Below, piece after piece: positions 54,119 to 63,963 of a DNA stretch of 64,000 nucleotides; within the stretch, counting starts at the first letter, position 1; the number at the start of each line of letters is the position of its first letter. Both the position numbers and the translations under genes were made by a program. The DNA is from a virus (lineage: Duplodnaviria; Caudoviricetes). The notes under the pieces are model-generated. The model did no database searches and had not been told where the DNA came from. It saw only the letters and a list, made by a program, of their open reading frames with translations. The stretch covers positions 12,594 to 76,593 of the IMG/VR virus record IMGVR_UViG_3300049144_000052; one strand, given 5' to 3'.

Positions 54119-55845
54119 GTGCCCGCCCGTCGAAGAAGCTGCCCCGCACGGCCACGCACCGGCCGGCCGTCAAGCGCCGCCGCTTCCGCCACGACGAGTA
54201 CACCGCGGTCGACCTGTTCTCCGGCTTCGGCGGGCTCACCGAGGGCATCCGGCGAGCCGGGTTCACGACGATCATGGCGGCAAACCACAACGAGTACAAA
54301 GTACGGGTCCACGAGGCGAACCACGACTACGCCGAACACTGGATCGCCGACCTCGTCGACCCTGAGGCCGCCGACTACCACTCCGCCCGGGACCTCCCCC
54401 CGGCCGACATCCTGGTCGCTGGCGTGAGCTGCGTGAATCACTCGCAGGCGAACACACTCAAGGCCTACCTGACGGGCGGGACCCTGTTCGAGTTGGACGA
54501 CCCCGACTACGAGGCTCGGGTCACGAAGTCCGAGCGGGACCGGGCCACCGCCAACTGCGTCCTTCACTACGCCGCCCAGCACCGGCCGCGGATGATCCTC
54601 GTCGAGTGCACCACCGAGCTGCAGTCCTGGGGCCCGCTCCTGCCCGGCAGCAAGAAGGTCGGTGACGGTTCGACGTACCGGTGGTGGCTGAAGCAGTTCG
54701 AGCTGCTCGACTACAACCACAAGGTGCTGTTCCTGAACTCCCAGTTCTTCGACGTGCCGCAGTCCCGCAACCGCGGCTACTGGGTGTTCGTGCACAAGTC
54801 CCTGCCGATGCCGGACCTGGAGCACCGCCCGGTGTCCCGCTGCCACCGCTGCGACAAGGACGTCGAAGCCGTGTGGACGTGGCGGACCGGGATCCCGCCG
54901 ACCGGGAAGGTCGCTTACGGCGAGCAGTACGAGTACCGCTGCCCGTCGTGCCGCGCCGCCGTGGTTCCGCCCATGGCGCCGTCGATCACCGCCCTGGACC
55001 TCAGCGACCTCGGCACCCGCATCGGCGACCGGCCGGTCAAGACGTTCAAGGACGGCCACCGCGGGCCGTTCGCAGCGTCGACGACAGCCCGAATCGAGAG
55101 GTGCCGACGGAAGTTCGCCGACTTCCCGGCCATCCTCATGCCCGCCAAGGGCGTGCACGGCTCGGAGCGCCTGCTGCTGCAGCCGCTGGCGACGCAGACC
55201 AGCCAGCAGGAGACCGCGATCCTGTCGACCGGTCTGGCCCCGCAGGGCCTCTGGGAGGAGACGGCGCTCGCGCTCGCCGTCGACAACTACCAAGGCGCGC
55301 CACGCGGGGCCGGCGAGCCCCTTCCCACTCAGGTCGGCTCCGAGACGCTCGCCGTCGTCTCCTCCGGCGTCATCCCGTACCGCAAGCACACCGTGCCCGC
55401 CGTGCACTCCGAGCCGATGTCGACGTTCACCTCCGACCAGATCCCCGGGCTGCTGACCGCGGCCGGCTGGTTCAAGCAGAACGGCTCCACCGGAACCGAG
55501 ACCGCAGCCCACCCGGTGACCGATCCGCTGGGCACCATCACCGCCCGCGACACGACAGCGCTGCTCACTGCCGACTGGGGACCTGCACTGTCGGAGCTGC
55601 CGATCGAAGAGTGCTTCTACCGCATGATGCGGGCGCACGAGATCGGCCGCGGCTGTGGCTTCGACGTCGACTTCGGCGCCCACAAGGGGACGTTCATCGT
55701 TTGGGGATCCGACCGGGACCAGACGAACGGCTTCGGCAACGCCGTCTCCCCGCAGGTCGGGGAGTGGATCGGGAACCGCCTGCGGGCCGTCCTCCACTCC
55801 CCGCAGGACCGCGGGTCCACGAGCGACCTGGCAGCCGCCGCGTGA
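54115..55845 (+). CDS. DNA cytosine-5 methyltransferase (divergent motifs)
   Basis: DLFSGFGG (I), AGVSC (IV), VECT (VI), PQSRNR (VIII), FGNAVSP (X). Confidence 0.85.
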   Translation: MSARPSKKLPRTATHRPAVKRRRFRHDEYTAVDLFSGFGGLTEGIRRAGFTTIMAANHNEYKVRVHEANHDYAEHWIADLVDPEAADYHSARDLPPADILVAGVSCVNHSQANTLKAYLTGGTLFELDDPDYEARVTKSERDRATANCVLHYAAQHRPRMILVECTTELQSWGPLLPGSKKVGDGSTYRWWLKQFELLDYNHKVLFLNSQFFDVPQSRNRGYWVFVHKSLPMPDLEHRPVSRCHRCDKDVEAVWTWRTGIPPTGKVAYGEQYEYRCPSCRAAVVPPMAPSITALDLSDLGTRIGDRPVKTFKDGHRGPFAASTTARIERCRRKFADFPAILMPAKGVHGSERLLLQPLATQTSQQETAILSTGLAPQGLWEETALALAVDNYQGAPRGAGEPLPTQVGSETLAVVSSGVIPYRKHTVPAVHSEPMSTFTSDQIPGLLTAAGWFKQNGSTGTETAAHPVTDPLGTITARDTTALLTADWGPALSELPIEECFYRMMRAHEIGRGCGFDVDFGAHKGTFIVWGSDRDQTNGFGNAVSPQVGEWIGNRLRAVLHSPQDRGSTSDLAAAA

Positions 55846-55964
55846 CCGCCCACCGCCAGCCGCGCGCCCGGCCCTGACCGGCAGGCAGAACCGGAGCGCC
55901 CGCCTCCGTGTCAGTGCCGTGCGGACCATCAGAGATAGAGCCACCACCAGCCGAAGGAAAAGCC

Positions 55965-56843
55965 GTGACCTTGGACGCCATGAACTGGGTGTGGGATCAC
56001 TCCCGGTCGAAGGGGAACACCAGGATCGCCCTGCTCTATGTGGCGGACCAGGTGCGCACTCCGGCGTGCGAAGTGCGTCTGGGACGCGGCGACTTCATCA
56101 AGGCGATCAACAGCGCGAAGAACACTGTGCGGGACGCGCTGGCTGATGCCGAGAAGCTCGGCGAGCTGGTTGTCGTAGAGCCTGCATCTGGCCGCCGGAA
56201 GGCCCTGTATCGCCTCCCATTGGCCGTCGGCTACTCCCGTAGAGGGTCAGAATCTGACCCTCTAGAAACTCGTAGAGGGTCAGATTCTGACCCTCTACAG
56301 CCTCAGGACCCCTCCCGTAGAGGGTCAGATTCTGACCCTCTGGAATCCGTAGAGGGTCAAAATTCGACCCGTAGAGGGTCAGAATCTGACCCCCACTCCC
56401 CATCCCCAAAAGAGCTAGCTACGGGAGGAGCGGGAAAGCCGGACGCCTTCCAGATCTGCCAGCCCCTCATCACCGCCATGACCCAGGCCGGGATCACCGT
56501 CTCCTGGAGCATGCAGCCCAAGGACTGGCTGGAGATCGCGAACATCGTCCAGCGCGCCGGCATCCCCGCCATGGTCGCCTTCGCCCGGGACACGAAGAAC
56601 ACCTCCCGGCAGCCCATCCGCTACGCCACGTTCTTCCTCCGTGGCGGATGGAAGGGCCTCCCGCCCACAGCCCCCGGAGCCCAGACGCCACCCAGCACTG
56701 CCAGTGGCAAGCCGCCGCACTGCGGCCACCCGGACTGCGACCCCGTCACCCGCACCCGCGAGACCGAAGACGACCGCGGACTCCGCGCCGTCAACCACTG
56801 CCCCGCCTGCCACCCCGCCAGCCAGAAAGGACGCGCCGCATGA
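55965..56843 (+). CDS. replication initiator (HTH, lambda O-like organisation)
   Basis: N-terminal winged helix; internal iterons; directly upstream of the helicase. Confidence 0.75.
   Translation: MTLDAMNWVWDHSRSKGNTRIALLYVADQVRTPACEVRLGRGDFIKAINSAKNTVRDALADAEKLGELVVVEPASGRRKALYRLPLAVGYSRRGSESDPLETRRGSDSDPLQPQDPSRRGSDSDPLESVEGQNSTRRGSESDPHSPSPKELATGGAGKPDAFQICQPLITAMTQAGITVSWSMQPKDWLEIANIVQRAGIPAMVAFARDTKNTSRQPIRYATFFLRGGWKGLPPTAPGAQTPPSTASGKPPHCGHPDCDPVTRTRETEDDRGLRAVNHCPACHPASQKGRAA
56238..56393. repeat. five palindromic iterons CGTAGAGGGTCAGA(A/T)TCTGACCCTCT, putative replication origin
   Basis: Copies start at 56238, 56271, 56316, 56348 (degenerate) and 56370. Confidence 0.85.
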
Positions 56844-58204
56844 CCGAGCCCCTGTGGGAGCCCGAAGTCCTACCCGAAGAGCAGATGACGCCCCACAACC
56901 GCGAAGCTGAGAAAGCCGCTCTCGGCTCCATGTTCTTCGACCTGACCGCCATCGACACCGCCGATCGCATCCTGGCCGGCCCCGAGGACTTCTACGAGCA
57001 GCGCCACCAGACCATCTACCGCACCGTCATTGGCATGTACTGCCGCGACCGCAAGCCCAAGATCGACCCCATCACCGTTGCGGCTGAGCTCCTCGCCAGC
57101 GGAGAACTCACCAAGGTCGGCGGGTCCAGCTACCTCCACGAGCTCGCCCAGTCCGTGCCGATCGTCGGCAACGCAGCCGGATACGCCGAGATCATCCGGG
57201 AGCACGCCCAACTGCGCGCCGTCCTCACCGCCACACGCAAAGCCAGCCAGCGCGTCCTCACTGCCGCCAACACCGCTGCCGAAATCCTCGAAGCGGCCAT
57301 GGCCGACCTCCAGGCCGCCGCCAAGGGCGTCCAGCCCGCCGACGAGAAGCTGTCCGTAGCCGACCGGTGGATGGGCTTCATCGACGAACTCGAAGCCGGC
57401 CACGACCCGCGCGCCCTCGACACCCCCTGGTACGACCTCAACGAGATCATCGAACTCAAGCCTGGCCAGCTCATCACCGTCGGCGCCGGAACCGGGCAGG
57501 GCAAGTCCCTGTTCGGAATGAACCTCGCCGCGCACGTTGCCCTCACCCGCGGTAAGCCCGCCCTGGTCGCCTCCATGGAGATGGGCGGCAGCGAGCTCAT
57601 GGCCCGTCTCACCGCCGCCGAAGCAGGCGTCAATGTCGACAAACTGGTCCGCCGCAAGCTTGACGCTTCTGACTGGGAGAAAGTCTTCCGCGCCGCGCCG
57701 AAGCTCCAGAACGCCCACAACTTCATCCTCGACGACTCCCCGAACCTCACCATCGGCAAGATCCGCGCCCGAGTCCGGTGGATGACCGCGGCCGGGAACC
57801 CTCCCGCCATCGTCGTCGCCGACTACCTGCAGCTCATGACGCCCGAGTCGGACGGCAAGAAGGACCGGACCCGCGCCAACGAGGTCGCCGAAATCTCCCG
57901 CAACCTCAAGCTGCTGGCGATGGAGTTCGAGATCCCCGTCGTCGCGCTCGCCCAGTTCAACCGCGGAGCAGTCGGCCGTCAGCCCATGGTGTCCGACTTC
58001 AAGGATTCTTCCTCGATCGAGCAGGACTCCAACGTCATCGTCCTGATGCACCGCCCTCTCGCCGAAGACGGCAGCGACACCGGGCCCCGGGCCGGTGAGA
58101 TCGACCTCATCGTCGCCAAGAACCGCAACGGCGCGAACAACCGCATCGTCGCCCTCACCTTCCAGGGGCATTACGCGCGCCTCCGCTCCATGGGGAGGGG
58201 CTGA
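56840..58204 (+). CDS. dnaB: DnaB-like replicative helicase
   Basis: PHNREAEKAALGS, Walker A GAGTGQGKS, SMEM, VADYLQL, LAQFNR, SIEQDS, AKNRNG. Confidence 0.95.
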   Translation: MTEPLWEPEVLPEEQMTPHNREAEKAALGSMFFDLTAIDTADRILAGPEDFYEQRHQTIYRTVIGMYCRDRKPKIDPITVAAELLASGELTKVGGSSYLHELAQSVPIVGNAAGYAEIIREHAQLRAVLTATRKASQRVLTAANTAAEILEAAMADLQAAAKGVQPADEKLSVADRWMGFIDELEAGHDPRALDTPWYDLNEIIELKPGQLITVGAGTGQGKSLFGMNLAAHVALTRGKPALVASMEMGGSELMARLTAAEAGVNVDKLVRRKLDASDWEKVFRAAPKLQNAHNFILDDSPNLTIGKIRARVRWMTAAGNPPAIVVADYLQLMTPESDGKKDRTRANEVAEISRNLKLLAMEFEIPVVALAQFNRGAVGRQPMVSDFKDSSSIEQDSNVIVLMHRPLAEDGSDTGPRAGEIDLIVAKNRNGANNRIVALTFQGHYARLRSMGRG

Positions 58205-58206
58205 CG

Positions 58207-58875
58207 ATGGCCATCCAGGCGATCAACACGTACTACGCGGGGCACCACTTCCGCAGCCGGCTCGAAGCCCGGTGGGCGCACGTCTTCAACGACCTTGGCC
58301 TGCGCTGGGAGTACGAGCCGCAGGGCTACCGCGTCGGCGAAGAACGCCGCCCCTACCTGCCCGACTTCCTTCTTCCCGACGTCGGCTGGTGGATCGAGGT
58401 CAAGGGCAGTCAGGACCGCCTCGACATGAGCCTGCTTGCCGATGCCGTCCACCCCACGAAGGGCCTGGGCGCCAGCGGGGGCAGCACGAACTTGCTGATC
58501 CTCGGGCAGATCCCCGACGCGAACGGTGCGGCCCCGCTGCACCACAGCGTCACCCGCGCCGCGCACTGCGGAAAGCTCCACCGTTGCTCGGGCGAGTGCG
58601 ACTTCCCGCCTGTTCTGTACGGCCTGCACCTGTTCATGGCGGCAGCTGACCTTGAGCACCTGGGCGCCGACCTGAGCAGCGTTCGATCCGGCGACCTGGA
58701 GACCTGGCAGCGCTGGGGCGCAATGCCGATTCCGGTCGGCCGCGCAACAACGAAGCCTCTTAAGGGCGACCTCACCAAGCCCATGGTCCACCCAGGGATA
58801 GCCGTTGGGCCGCACGTTGAGGCCGCCTACACCCTCGGCCGCACGGCCCGTTTCGAGCACGGCGAGGCCGCCTGA
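58207..58875 (+). CDS. PD-(D/E)xK nuclease-like protein
   Basis: FRSRLEARWA..WEYEP..YLPDF..WIEVKG. Confidence 0.75.
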   Translation: MAIQAINTYYAGHHFRSRLEARWAHVFNDLGLRWEYEPQGYRVGEERRPYLPDFLLPDVGWWIEVKGSQDRLDMSLLADAVHPTKGLGASGGSTNLLILGQIPDANGAAPLHHSVTRAAHCGKLHRCSGECDFPPVLYGLHLFMAAADLEHLGADLSSVRSGDLETWQRWGAMPIPVGRATTKPLKGDLTKPMVHPGIAVGPHVEAAYTLGRTARFEHGEAA

Positions 58876-59072
58876 TGCCGCGTTGTGCGGCGTGTGGCCG
58901 GCGTCTGCGGGTTCCGTCGCCGTCGGGTTTGGGCCCGGTGTGCGCTCGCCGTCTGGTAGCGGCCACCACCCAGCCGGCCCGCGCCTCACCGACCATCGCG
59001 CCGGTGCCTGCGATCCCCGGCCAGACCGAACTACCGCTCGTGGACCACCAACCCACCCTGTGGAGCCTCTGA
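58875..59072 (+). CDS. DUF6011-like zinc-ribbon protein
   Basis: CAACGRRL..GLGPVC. Confidence 0.6.
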   Translation: MPRCAACGRRLRVPSPSGLGPVCARRLVAATTQPARASPTIAPVPAIPGQTELPLVDHQPTLWSL

Positions 59073-59110
59073 CAACGGCCCCGCCCCACCCCACCCACGA
59101 AAGAGCAGGC

Positions 59111-59623
59111 ATGACTCACTCAGGACAAACCGCGACCACCACCCGGTGCCGCTGCATCTGCCCCAACGGATGCGATTGCGGCTGCACCTGCCTCGCCGCG
59201 ATCGAACTCCGAGCCGAACAACGCGCTCGCCGCGCAGCCGACGGTGGGCCCATCCGCATCCAACGCAAGCGCATCCCCGGCTGGCGCAAGCCCGAAGGCG
59301 CCGTCTACGTCGGCCGCCCCACCCGCTTCGGCAACCCGTACCGCCTCGTCCGCCAGAACAACGGATGGACCGTCCAGTTCGGAGACCACGGCGGCGGCGT
59401 GGGCACCTTCCCGACTGACGTCGGCGCCCGCCAGTACGCCACAGAAGCCTTCCGCGTCTGGATCAACCAGCCCGAGCAGGCCGAGTCTCGGCGCCTGTTC
59501 CGCGCCCTGCTGCACGGCCGTGACCTCACCTGCTGGTGCCCGCTGCCCGCCGAGGGCGAGCCCGATCACTGCCACGCCGCTGTGCTCCTGGAGCTCGCCA
59601 ACAACCCGGCCCCGACCTCCTGA
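59111..59623 (+). CDS. DUF4326-like protein
   Basis: VYVGRPTRFGNPY..L.GRDLTCWCP..CHAAVLLELAN. Confidence 0.8.
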   Translation: MTHSGQTATTTRCRCICPNGCDCGCTCLAAIELRAEQRARRAADGGPIRIQRKRIPGWRKPEGAVYVGRPTRFGNPYRLVRQNNGWTVQFGDHGGGVGTFPTDVGARQYATEAFRVWINQPEQAESRRLFRALLHGRDLTCWCPLPAEGEPDHCHAAVLLELANNPAPTS

Positions 59624-59674
59624 CCCCTGCCGCCGCCGGCATCACACCCCACCCCGGAAAGGACCACCACCGCC

Positions 59675-60196
59675 ATGACCACCCCCGCCGAGATCCGCCT
59701 CGCCCAGTACGGCGAACGCACCAGCACCTGGTCGACGGCCACCTACAACGACGGCACCGAGAAGGCGTTGCACGAGATCGCCCTCGGGCTGAAGGCGGAG
59801 ATCGACCGGCTGCGCGCCGAGCTCGCCGAGGAGAAGGCCAGCCACGACCCCCGCCTGCGCTGTCTCATCGTCAAGGCCGCCCCGGACCGAGACCAGTACG
59901 TCGGCTGGTCGAACGTCTGCGAGATGCCCGCTGGCGTGTGGTCCCGCGAGACCGCCCTCGAGTACGGGTTCCCGCCCTCCCGTCTCGACCGGGCCGACGC
60001 CACGGGCAGCTCGTCGCACATCGGTGATGGGGCGTGGGACGACAACGGCTTCGTCGCTGAGCAGCGCGGCTGGCTCCGTCGGGAGCTGCTCGGGGACTAC
60101 GCGGTCGAGTACCTCCACGGGGACCGGGAGGCGGCCTACGCGCTGCTGGAGCCGTTCGACAGCGAGCCCGACCCCGCCGCTGTCCCGTCTGCGTGA
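59675..60196 (+). CDS. hypothetical protein
   Basis: AAGGA RBS. Confidence 0.65.
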   Translation: MTTPAEIRLAQYGERTSTWSTATYNDGTEKALHEIALGLKAEIDRLRAELAEEKASHDPRLRCLIVKAAPDRDQYVGWSNVCEMPAGVWSRETALEYGFPPSRLDRADATGSSSHIGDGAWDDNGFVAEQRGWLRRELLGDYAVEYLHGDREAAYALLEPFDSEPDPAAVPSA

Positions 60197-60205
60197 GGAG
60201 CCGAC

Positions 60206-60442
60206 ATGCCCACACCCGCGTACCCGCCCGCCGACGACCGCCTCCGGCACCTGCTCGCCCAACGCATCAACTGCCACGTCGACACCTGGAAGCTCGCGTT
60301 CTTCGTCGCGGGCGCCATCGTCGACGACCCGGAGATCCGCGCCGAGCTCGACCGGATCGCTGCCGCGCACACCGCCGGCCAGCCGTGCGGGGACCGCAAC
60401 TGCCGCGCCTGCTTTGACGCCGCCGCCCGTACCGCGACCTGA
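60206..60442 (+). CDS. hypothetical protein
   Basis: GAGGAG RBS. Confidence 0.55.
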   Translation: MPTPAYPPADDRLRHLLAQRINCHVDTWKLAFFVAGAIVDDPEIRAELDRIAAAHTAGQPCGDRNCRACFDAAARTAT

Positions 60443-60452
60443 GGAGACCACC

Positions 60453-60722
60453 ATGACCCCCGAGCAGCACGACCGCGAGCAGCAGATGCGCGCCGACCTC
60501 GAAACCGGCTTCACCGACCACGCATGGGCCGTCGGCTACGTCCTGTGCCCGGCCCGCGAGAAGTGCGTCAGCCCGTCCGGGATCCGCGGGCTCTTCAAGC
60601 CGCTGAAGAACGGCCGTGTACCGATGCACCGTGGCTGGCTCGGCGAGGAATGCCCGGGTGCCCGGCAGAAGCCGACCACGCCGCCGCTGCAACTCCGCCC
60701 CGCCGCCTCGTCCGCCCCGTGA
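60453..60722 (+). CDS. hypothetical protein
   Basis: GAGGAG RBS. Confidence 0.55.
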   Translation: MTPEQHDREQQMRADLETGFTDHAWAVGYVLCPAREKCVSPSGIRGLFKPLKNGRVPMHRGWLGEECPGARQKPTTPPLQLRPAASSAP

Positions 60723-60833
60723 CCGGACACGAGCCCGGGCGCTGGTATCGCCCGGGCTCGCACCCCGACCGTACCCCGCTGTCAGACCCACCCCCTACCG
60801 TCCCAACACACCACAAACCAGGAGGAGTCACCC

Positions 60834-61307
60834 ATGACCGAGACCCGCACCCTGCCCCACGACCCGTACATCACCGCCGTCTGCGACGCCCTCACCGCCG
60901 CCGGCTTCACCCCCGCTGACGCGTTCGCCGACGACACCGACACCAGCGGCACCCACAACTACCTCCGCGCCGTCATCACCCTTGACGACTCCTCTGGCCT
61001 CCCCGCGGACCGTTGGCCGCACGGTCTGATCCTCATCTGGGAATGGCACACCGGGATCGAAGCCGAGGACGGCGAGCCGGAGCGCGGCCCGTCGTGGGAG
61101 TGGGCCCGGCTGGTCGACGAGCACGGGCAGTGCGGGGAGCGGCAGGCGTTCACCGCCTACGGCTACGCCTCCCCGGCCTACGTGGTGGAGAGCGTTCACG
61201 CGCTGATCGCCCGCCGGAACCAGAGCGTGCCGGCCGAGCGGTGGGAGCGGCACGGGGAGCTTGATGCGGCGTGTGAGGCGTGGGGTGTCGACGAAGCCGC
61301 CGAGTGA
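60834..61307 (+). CDS. hypothetical protein (DUF6292-like)
   Basis: AGGAGG RBS; LIWEW..G..W.W. Confidence 0.65.
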   Translation: MTETRTLPHDPYITAVCDALTAAGFTPADAFADDTDTSGTHNYLRAVITLDDSSGLPADRWPHGLILIWEWHTGIEAEDGEPERGPSWEWARLVDEHGQCGERQAFTAYGYASPAYVVESVHALIARRNQSVPAERWERHGELDAACEAWGVDEAAE

Positions 61308-61398
61308 GCACCGGACCGGCCGCCGCTGTTCGACCCAGCGGCGGCCGGCCGTCCCCGACCTTAGCCCGCCCGCCGGGCACGACCGAAAGAAGCACCCC

Positions 61399-61593
61399 AT
61401 GACCCAGCCCGAGCCCGCCCCCGCTGACGTCGACGACCAGCTCTGCGTCAGCGAGTTCCCCGGCGACGACACGTTCGTCGGCCAGCTCTGCGAACGAGAG
61501 CGCGGCCACAACGGTGACCACGAACACCTCGCCACGATCGCAGGCACTCGGCACACCCGCCGCCTTGTCTGGGCCGCCGAGGTGACTCGATGA
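61399..61593 (+). CDS. hypothetical protein
   Basis: C..C..H.G.H motif. Confidence 0.5.
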   Translation: MTQPEPAPADVDDQLCVSEFPGDDTFVGQLCERERGHNGDHEHLATIAGTRHTRRLVWAAEVTR

Positions 61594-61769
61594 CCCACCA
61601 ACCCGACCGCCCGTTCCGCGACGAACCCACCGAGGTGCTTCGCGCGGCCCACGGCCTCGCCGCCACGCACGCCCGGCAGGCCGCCCGCTTCAACCCCGAC
61701 ACGGACAGCCCGCAGTCCGAGGTCGCCGAGCTCTTCCGTACCGAACTCCAGCACCGAGGGGAACTGTGA
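61590..61769 (+). CDS. hypothetical protein
   Basis: GAGGTG RBS, ATGA overlap. Confidence 0.45.
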   Translation: MTHQPDRPFRDEPTEVLRAAHGLAATHARQAARFNPDTDSPQSEVAELFRTELQHRGEL

Positions 61770-62401
61770 CCGTGAGCAGCAGCCAGACTCTTCCGCCGCC
61801 TCAGGGCCCGGAGTACGTGCCGTGCGGGTGCGGCCACATCGAGCCGGAGCACCGTCCGGACGCGGGCGCCTGCCTGGTGTGCGCCTGCGCCGCCTACGGG
61901 CCTGCTGCTGCCTCGTCTGCCGTGGCGCCCGCCACCGACCACACCGCGCTCCGCGACCGGATCCGGCGGGTCCTCTGCGAGCGTGACGGCCAGGCCGCCC
62001 TGTGGGGCACGGACATGCTGGAGCCCGACGAGTACGGCGCGGACGCCGATGCGGTGTTGTCCGCGCTGCCCGCGAGCGTCGACCGGGCCACCGTGCTCCG
62101 CGAGGAAGCAGCCCTCATCCGCGCCCACTGCCCGGACCACCTCGACAGCAACAGCGCCCAGGGCTCGTGGATCAGCTGCCACTGCGACGTAGCCGACGAC
62201 ATGGAACGCCGGATGGCTGCCGAGTCCGCGCCTGCCGACACCGGGCCTGCCGACGGCGAGACGCGGCACGTCGGCGGCACCGCGGAGGACTGCCCCGCCT
62301 GCAGCGCACAGGGCCTCGACCAGATCAGCTACCCGTGGGAATGCCCCGGCCCAGAACAGCCCGCCGCTGGGGCGCAGCAGGCGGAGGAGACCCGGCCGTG
62401 A
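61766..62401 (+). CDS. hypothetical Cys-rich protein
   Basis: CGCGH..C..C motifs, coupled. Confidence 0.65.
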   Translation: MTVSSSQTLPPPQGPEYVPCGCGHIEPEHRPDAGACLVCACAAYGPAAASSAVAPATDHTALRDRIRRVLCERDGQAALWGTDMLEPDEYGADADAVLSALPASVDRATVLREEAALIRAHCPDHLDSNSAQGSWISCHCDVADDMERRMAAESAPADTGPADGETRHVGGTAEDCPACSAQGLDQISYPWECPGPEQPAAGAQQAEETRP

Positions 62402-62862
62402 CCGAGCTCCCCGACTTCCTGACGGCCTACTTCGCCGACCGTCAGCGCGCCCGCGCCGAAGCCGTGAGCGCCTTCCTCGGCTCGCTCACCGACCGCGAGC
62501 GCGCCCTGGTCCACGACGCCGCCGTCATGGGCTACGTCCGCGGCTCCATGCACCCGCGCGGCGAGGAGATCCCGCTGAACGCCCCGATCGTCGCCGACGT
62601 GGTCAACGCCTGCTTCGCCTTCCCGGACCTGTACCCGGCCGTCAACGCCGCCTTCGAGGACCACCGGCAGACCGTCGAGTACCTCGTCCAGTGCCAACAG
62701 CCCGACGGCACCTGGGAGCAGGCCAGCAGCACGACCACCGACGTGCAGTTCGCTGGGGAGCGGCTGGCCGCGCGCCGCAGGATGCAGCCGGAGTACACGT
62801 TCCGCCTCGTCCGGCGCACCACCACGGTCGTCATCGAGGCCGCCATCGAGGGCGCGTCGTGA
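62398..62862 (+). CDS. hypothetical protein
   Basis: GGAGGAG RBS, GTGA overlap. Confidence 0.65.
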   Translation: MTELPDFLTAYFADRQRARAEAVSAFLGSLTDRERALVHDAAVMGYVRGSMHPRGEEIPLNAPIVADVVNACFAFPDLYPAVNAAFEDHRQTVEYLVQCQQPDGTWEQASSTTTDVQFAGERLAARRRMQPEYTFRLVRRTTTVVIEAAIEGAS

Positions 62863-63140
62863 CCCTGCTGCTGCTCGCCGCCGCCCTGGCCGTGGGGTAC
62901 GCCCTCGGCCGGGCCCGGCTCGGACACCGCGCCTCCCAATGGGCCGCCTGGCAGTGGATCGGCAAACGCCCCACCGGCTGGCGCTACATGGGCGCGTGGG
63001 TCGTGCTGTCCGCCGAGAACATTGGCTGGCTGATCGTCCACCCCGTCCAGGGCTGGCATGCGTGGCAGCACCGCAACGACCCGCCCCCGCCCCGGAGTCC
63101 GGCGCCGAAGATCCGCGACCTCGGCAAGGACGCGTCGTGA
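62859..63140 (+). CDS. membrane protein
   Basis: N-terminal TM segment, GTGA overlap. Confidence 0.55.
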   Translation: MTLLLLAAALAVGYALGRARLGHRASQWAAWQWIGKRPTGWRYMGAWVVLSAENIGWLIVHPVQGWHAWQHRNDPPPPRSPAPKIRDLGKDAS

Positions 63141-63406
63141 TCGCCGAGGCGGTCGACACCGTGCTCACCCTCGGCGCCGCGTTCGTCGTGTGGATCGTGC
63201 TGCTCGCCGCGACCGCCACCCTCGCCCTGTGGACCGTCCTCGTCACCGTCGTGTGGGCGTGCCGGGGGCTGTGGCGGGGCGTGACGGCGGTCAGGAGCAC
63301 CGTACAGCGCCCGACGGTCCCCGAGTTGCTTCCCGCGCCTCACGAGCCGTCACGCGCCCGCACAGCCCCGTCGTGGGCCAACGCCCGACCGACCAAGGAG
63401 AACTGA
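63137..63406 (+). CDS. membrane protein
   Basis: Long hydrophobic stretch, AAGGA RBS. Confidence 0.55.
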   Translation: MIAEAVDTVLTLGAAFVVWIVLLAATATLALWTVLVTVVWACRGLWRGVTAVRSTVQRPTVPELLPAPHEPSRARTAPSWANARPTKEN

Positions 63407-63408
63407 CC

Positions 63409-63675
63409 ATGCCGATCACTCACCAGGAAGAGCCCGTCTACAAGCTGGTCTGCGACAACACCGACTGCACCAGCGAGGACTGGACGGCCCTCGACCCCGA
63501 CGACGAGATCAAGTACTTCGACCTTCCCCAGCACGCCCGCGAGTGGGGCCGCGTCAACGGCTGGGAGGTCGGCGACCGGGTCCTCTGCCCGCGCGACGCC
63601 GCCGAAGCGCGAGAGCAGCGGGAGCAGGCCGAGGACATCGCGGCCGCGGTCGCCGACGCGCTGACGGAGGGCTGA
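63409..63675 (+). CDS. hypothetical zinc-ribbon protein
   Basis: AAGGAG RBS; CDNTDC..LCP. Confidence 0.6.
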   Translation: MPITHQEEPVYKLVCDNTDCTSEDWTALDPDDEIKYFDLPQHAREWGRVNGWEVGDRVLCPRDAAEAREQREQAEDIAAAVADALTEG

Positions 63676-63678
63676 ACC

Positions 63679-63963
63679 GTGGCTGACCGTATCGGGCCCC
63701 GGTGCGGCAACAACCCGAACGTGCGGCTCACTCCAGGGGACCAGAAGGTACTGGAGGACTTCGCCGCCTTCCTCGAACAGTGTGCCCGGCCACTGCCCGT
63801 CGTGTCCGAGACGGACGCCGAACGCCTGGCGACGCTTGCGGACTGCACGGACGCCGACAGGGGTGGTCTGCACTGCGATCACTACCAGGAAGGCGACGGG
63901 CCGTGCTGTGCGTGCGCTCGGCCGAATTGGTGCCCAGACGGCGGGGTCGCGCCCGCCCGCTGA
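63679..63963 (+). CDS. hypothetical Cys-rich protein
   Basis: GGAGG RBS; PRCGNNP..HCDH..CCAC..WCP. Confidence 0.55.
   Translation: MADRIGPRCGNNPNVRLTPGDQKVLEDFAAFLEQCARPLPVVSETDAERLATLADCTDADRGGLHCDHYQEGDGPCCACARPNWCPDGGVAPAR

Noticed and set aside
56238-56393. CRISPR array
   Set aside because: The spacers are at most about 17 bp and irregular, the repeats lie in frame inside a CDS, and there are no cas genes; iterons fit better
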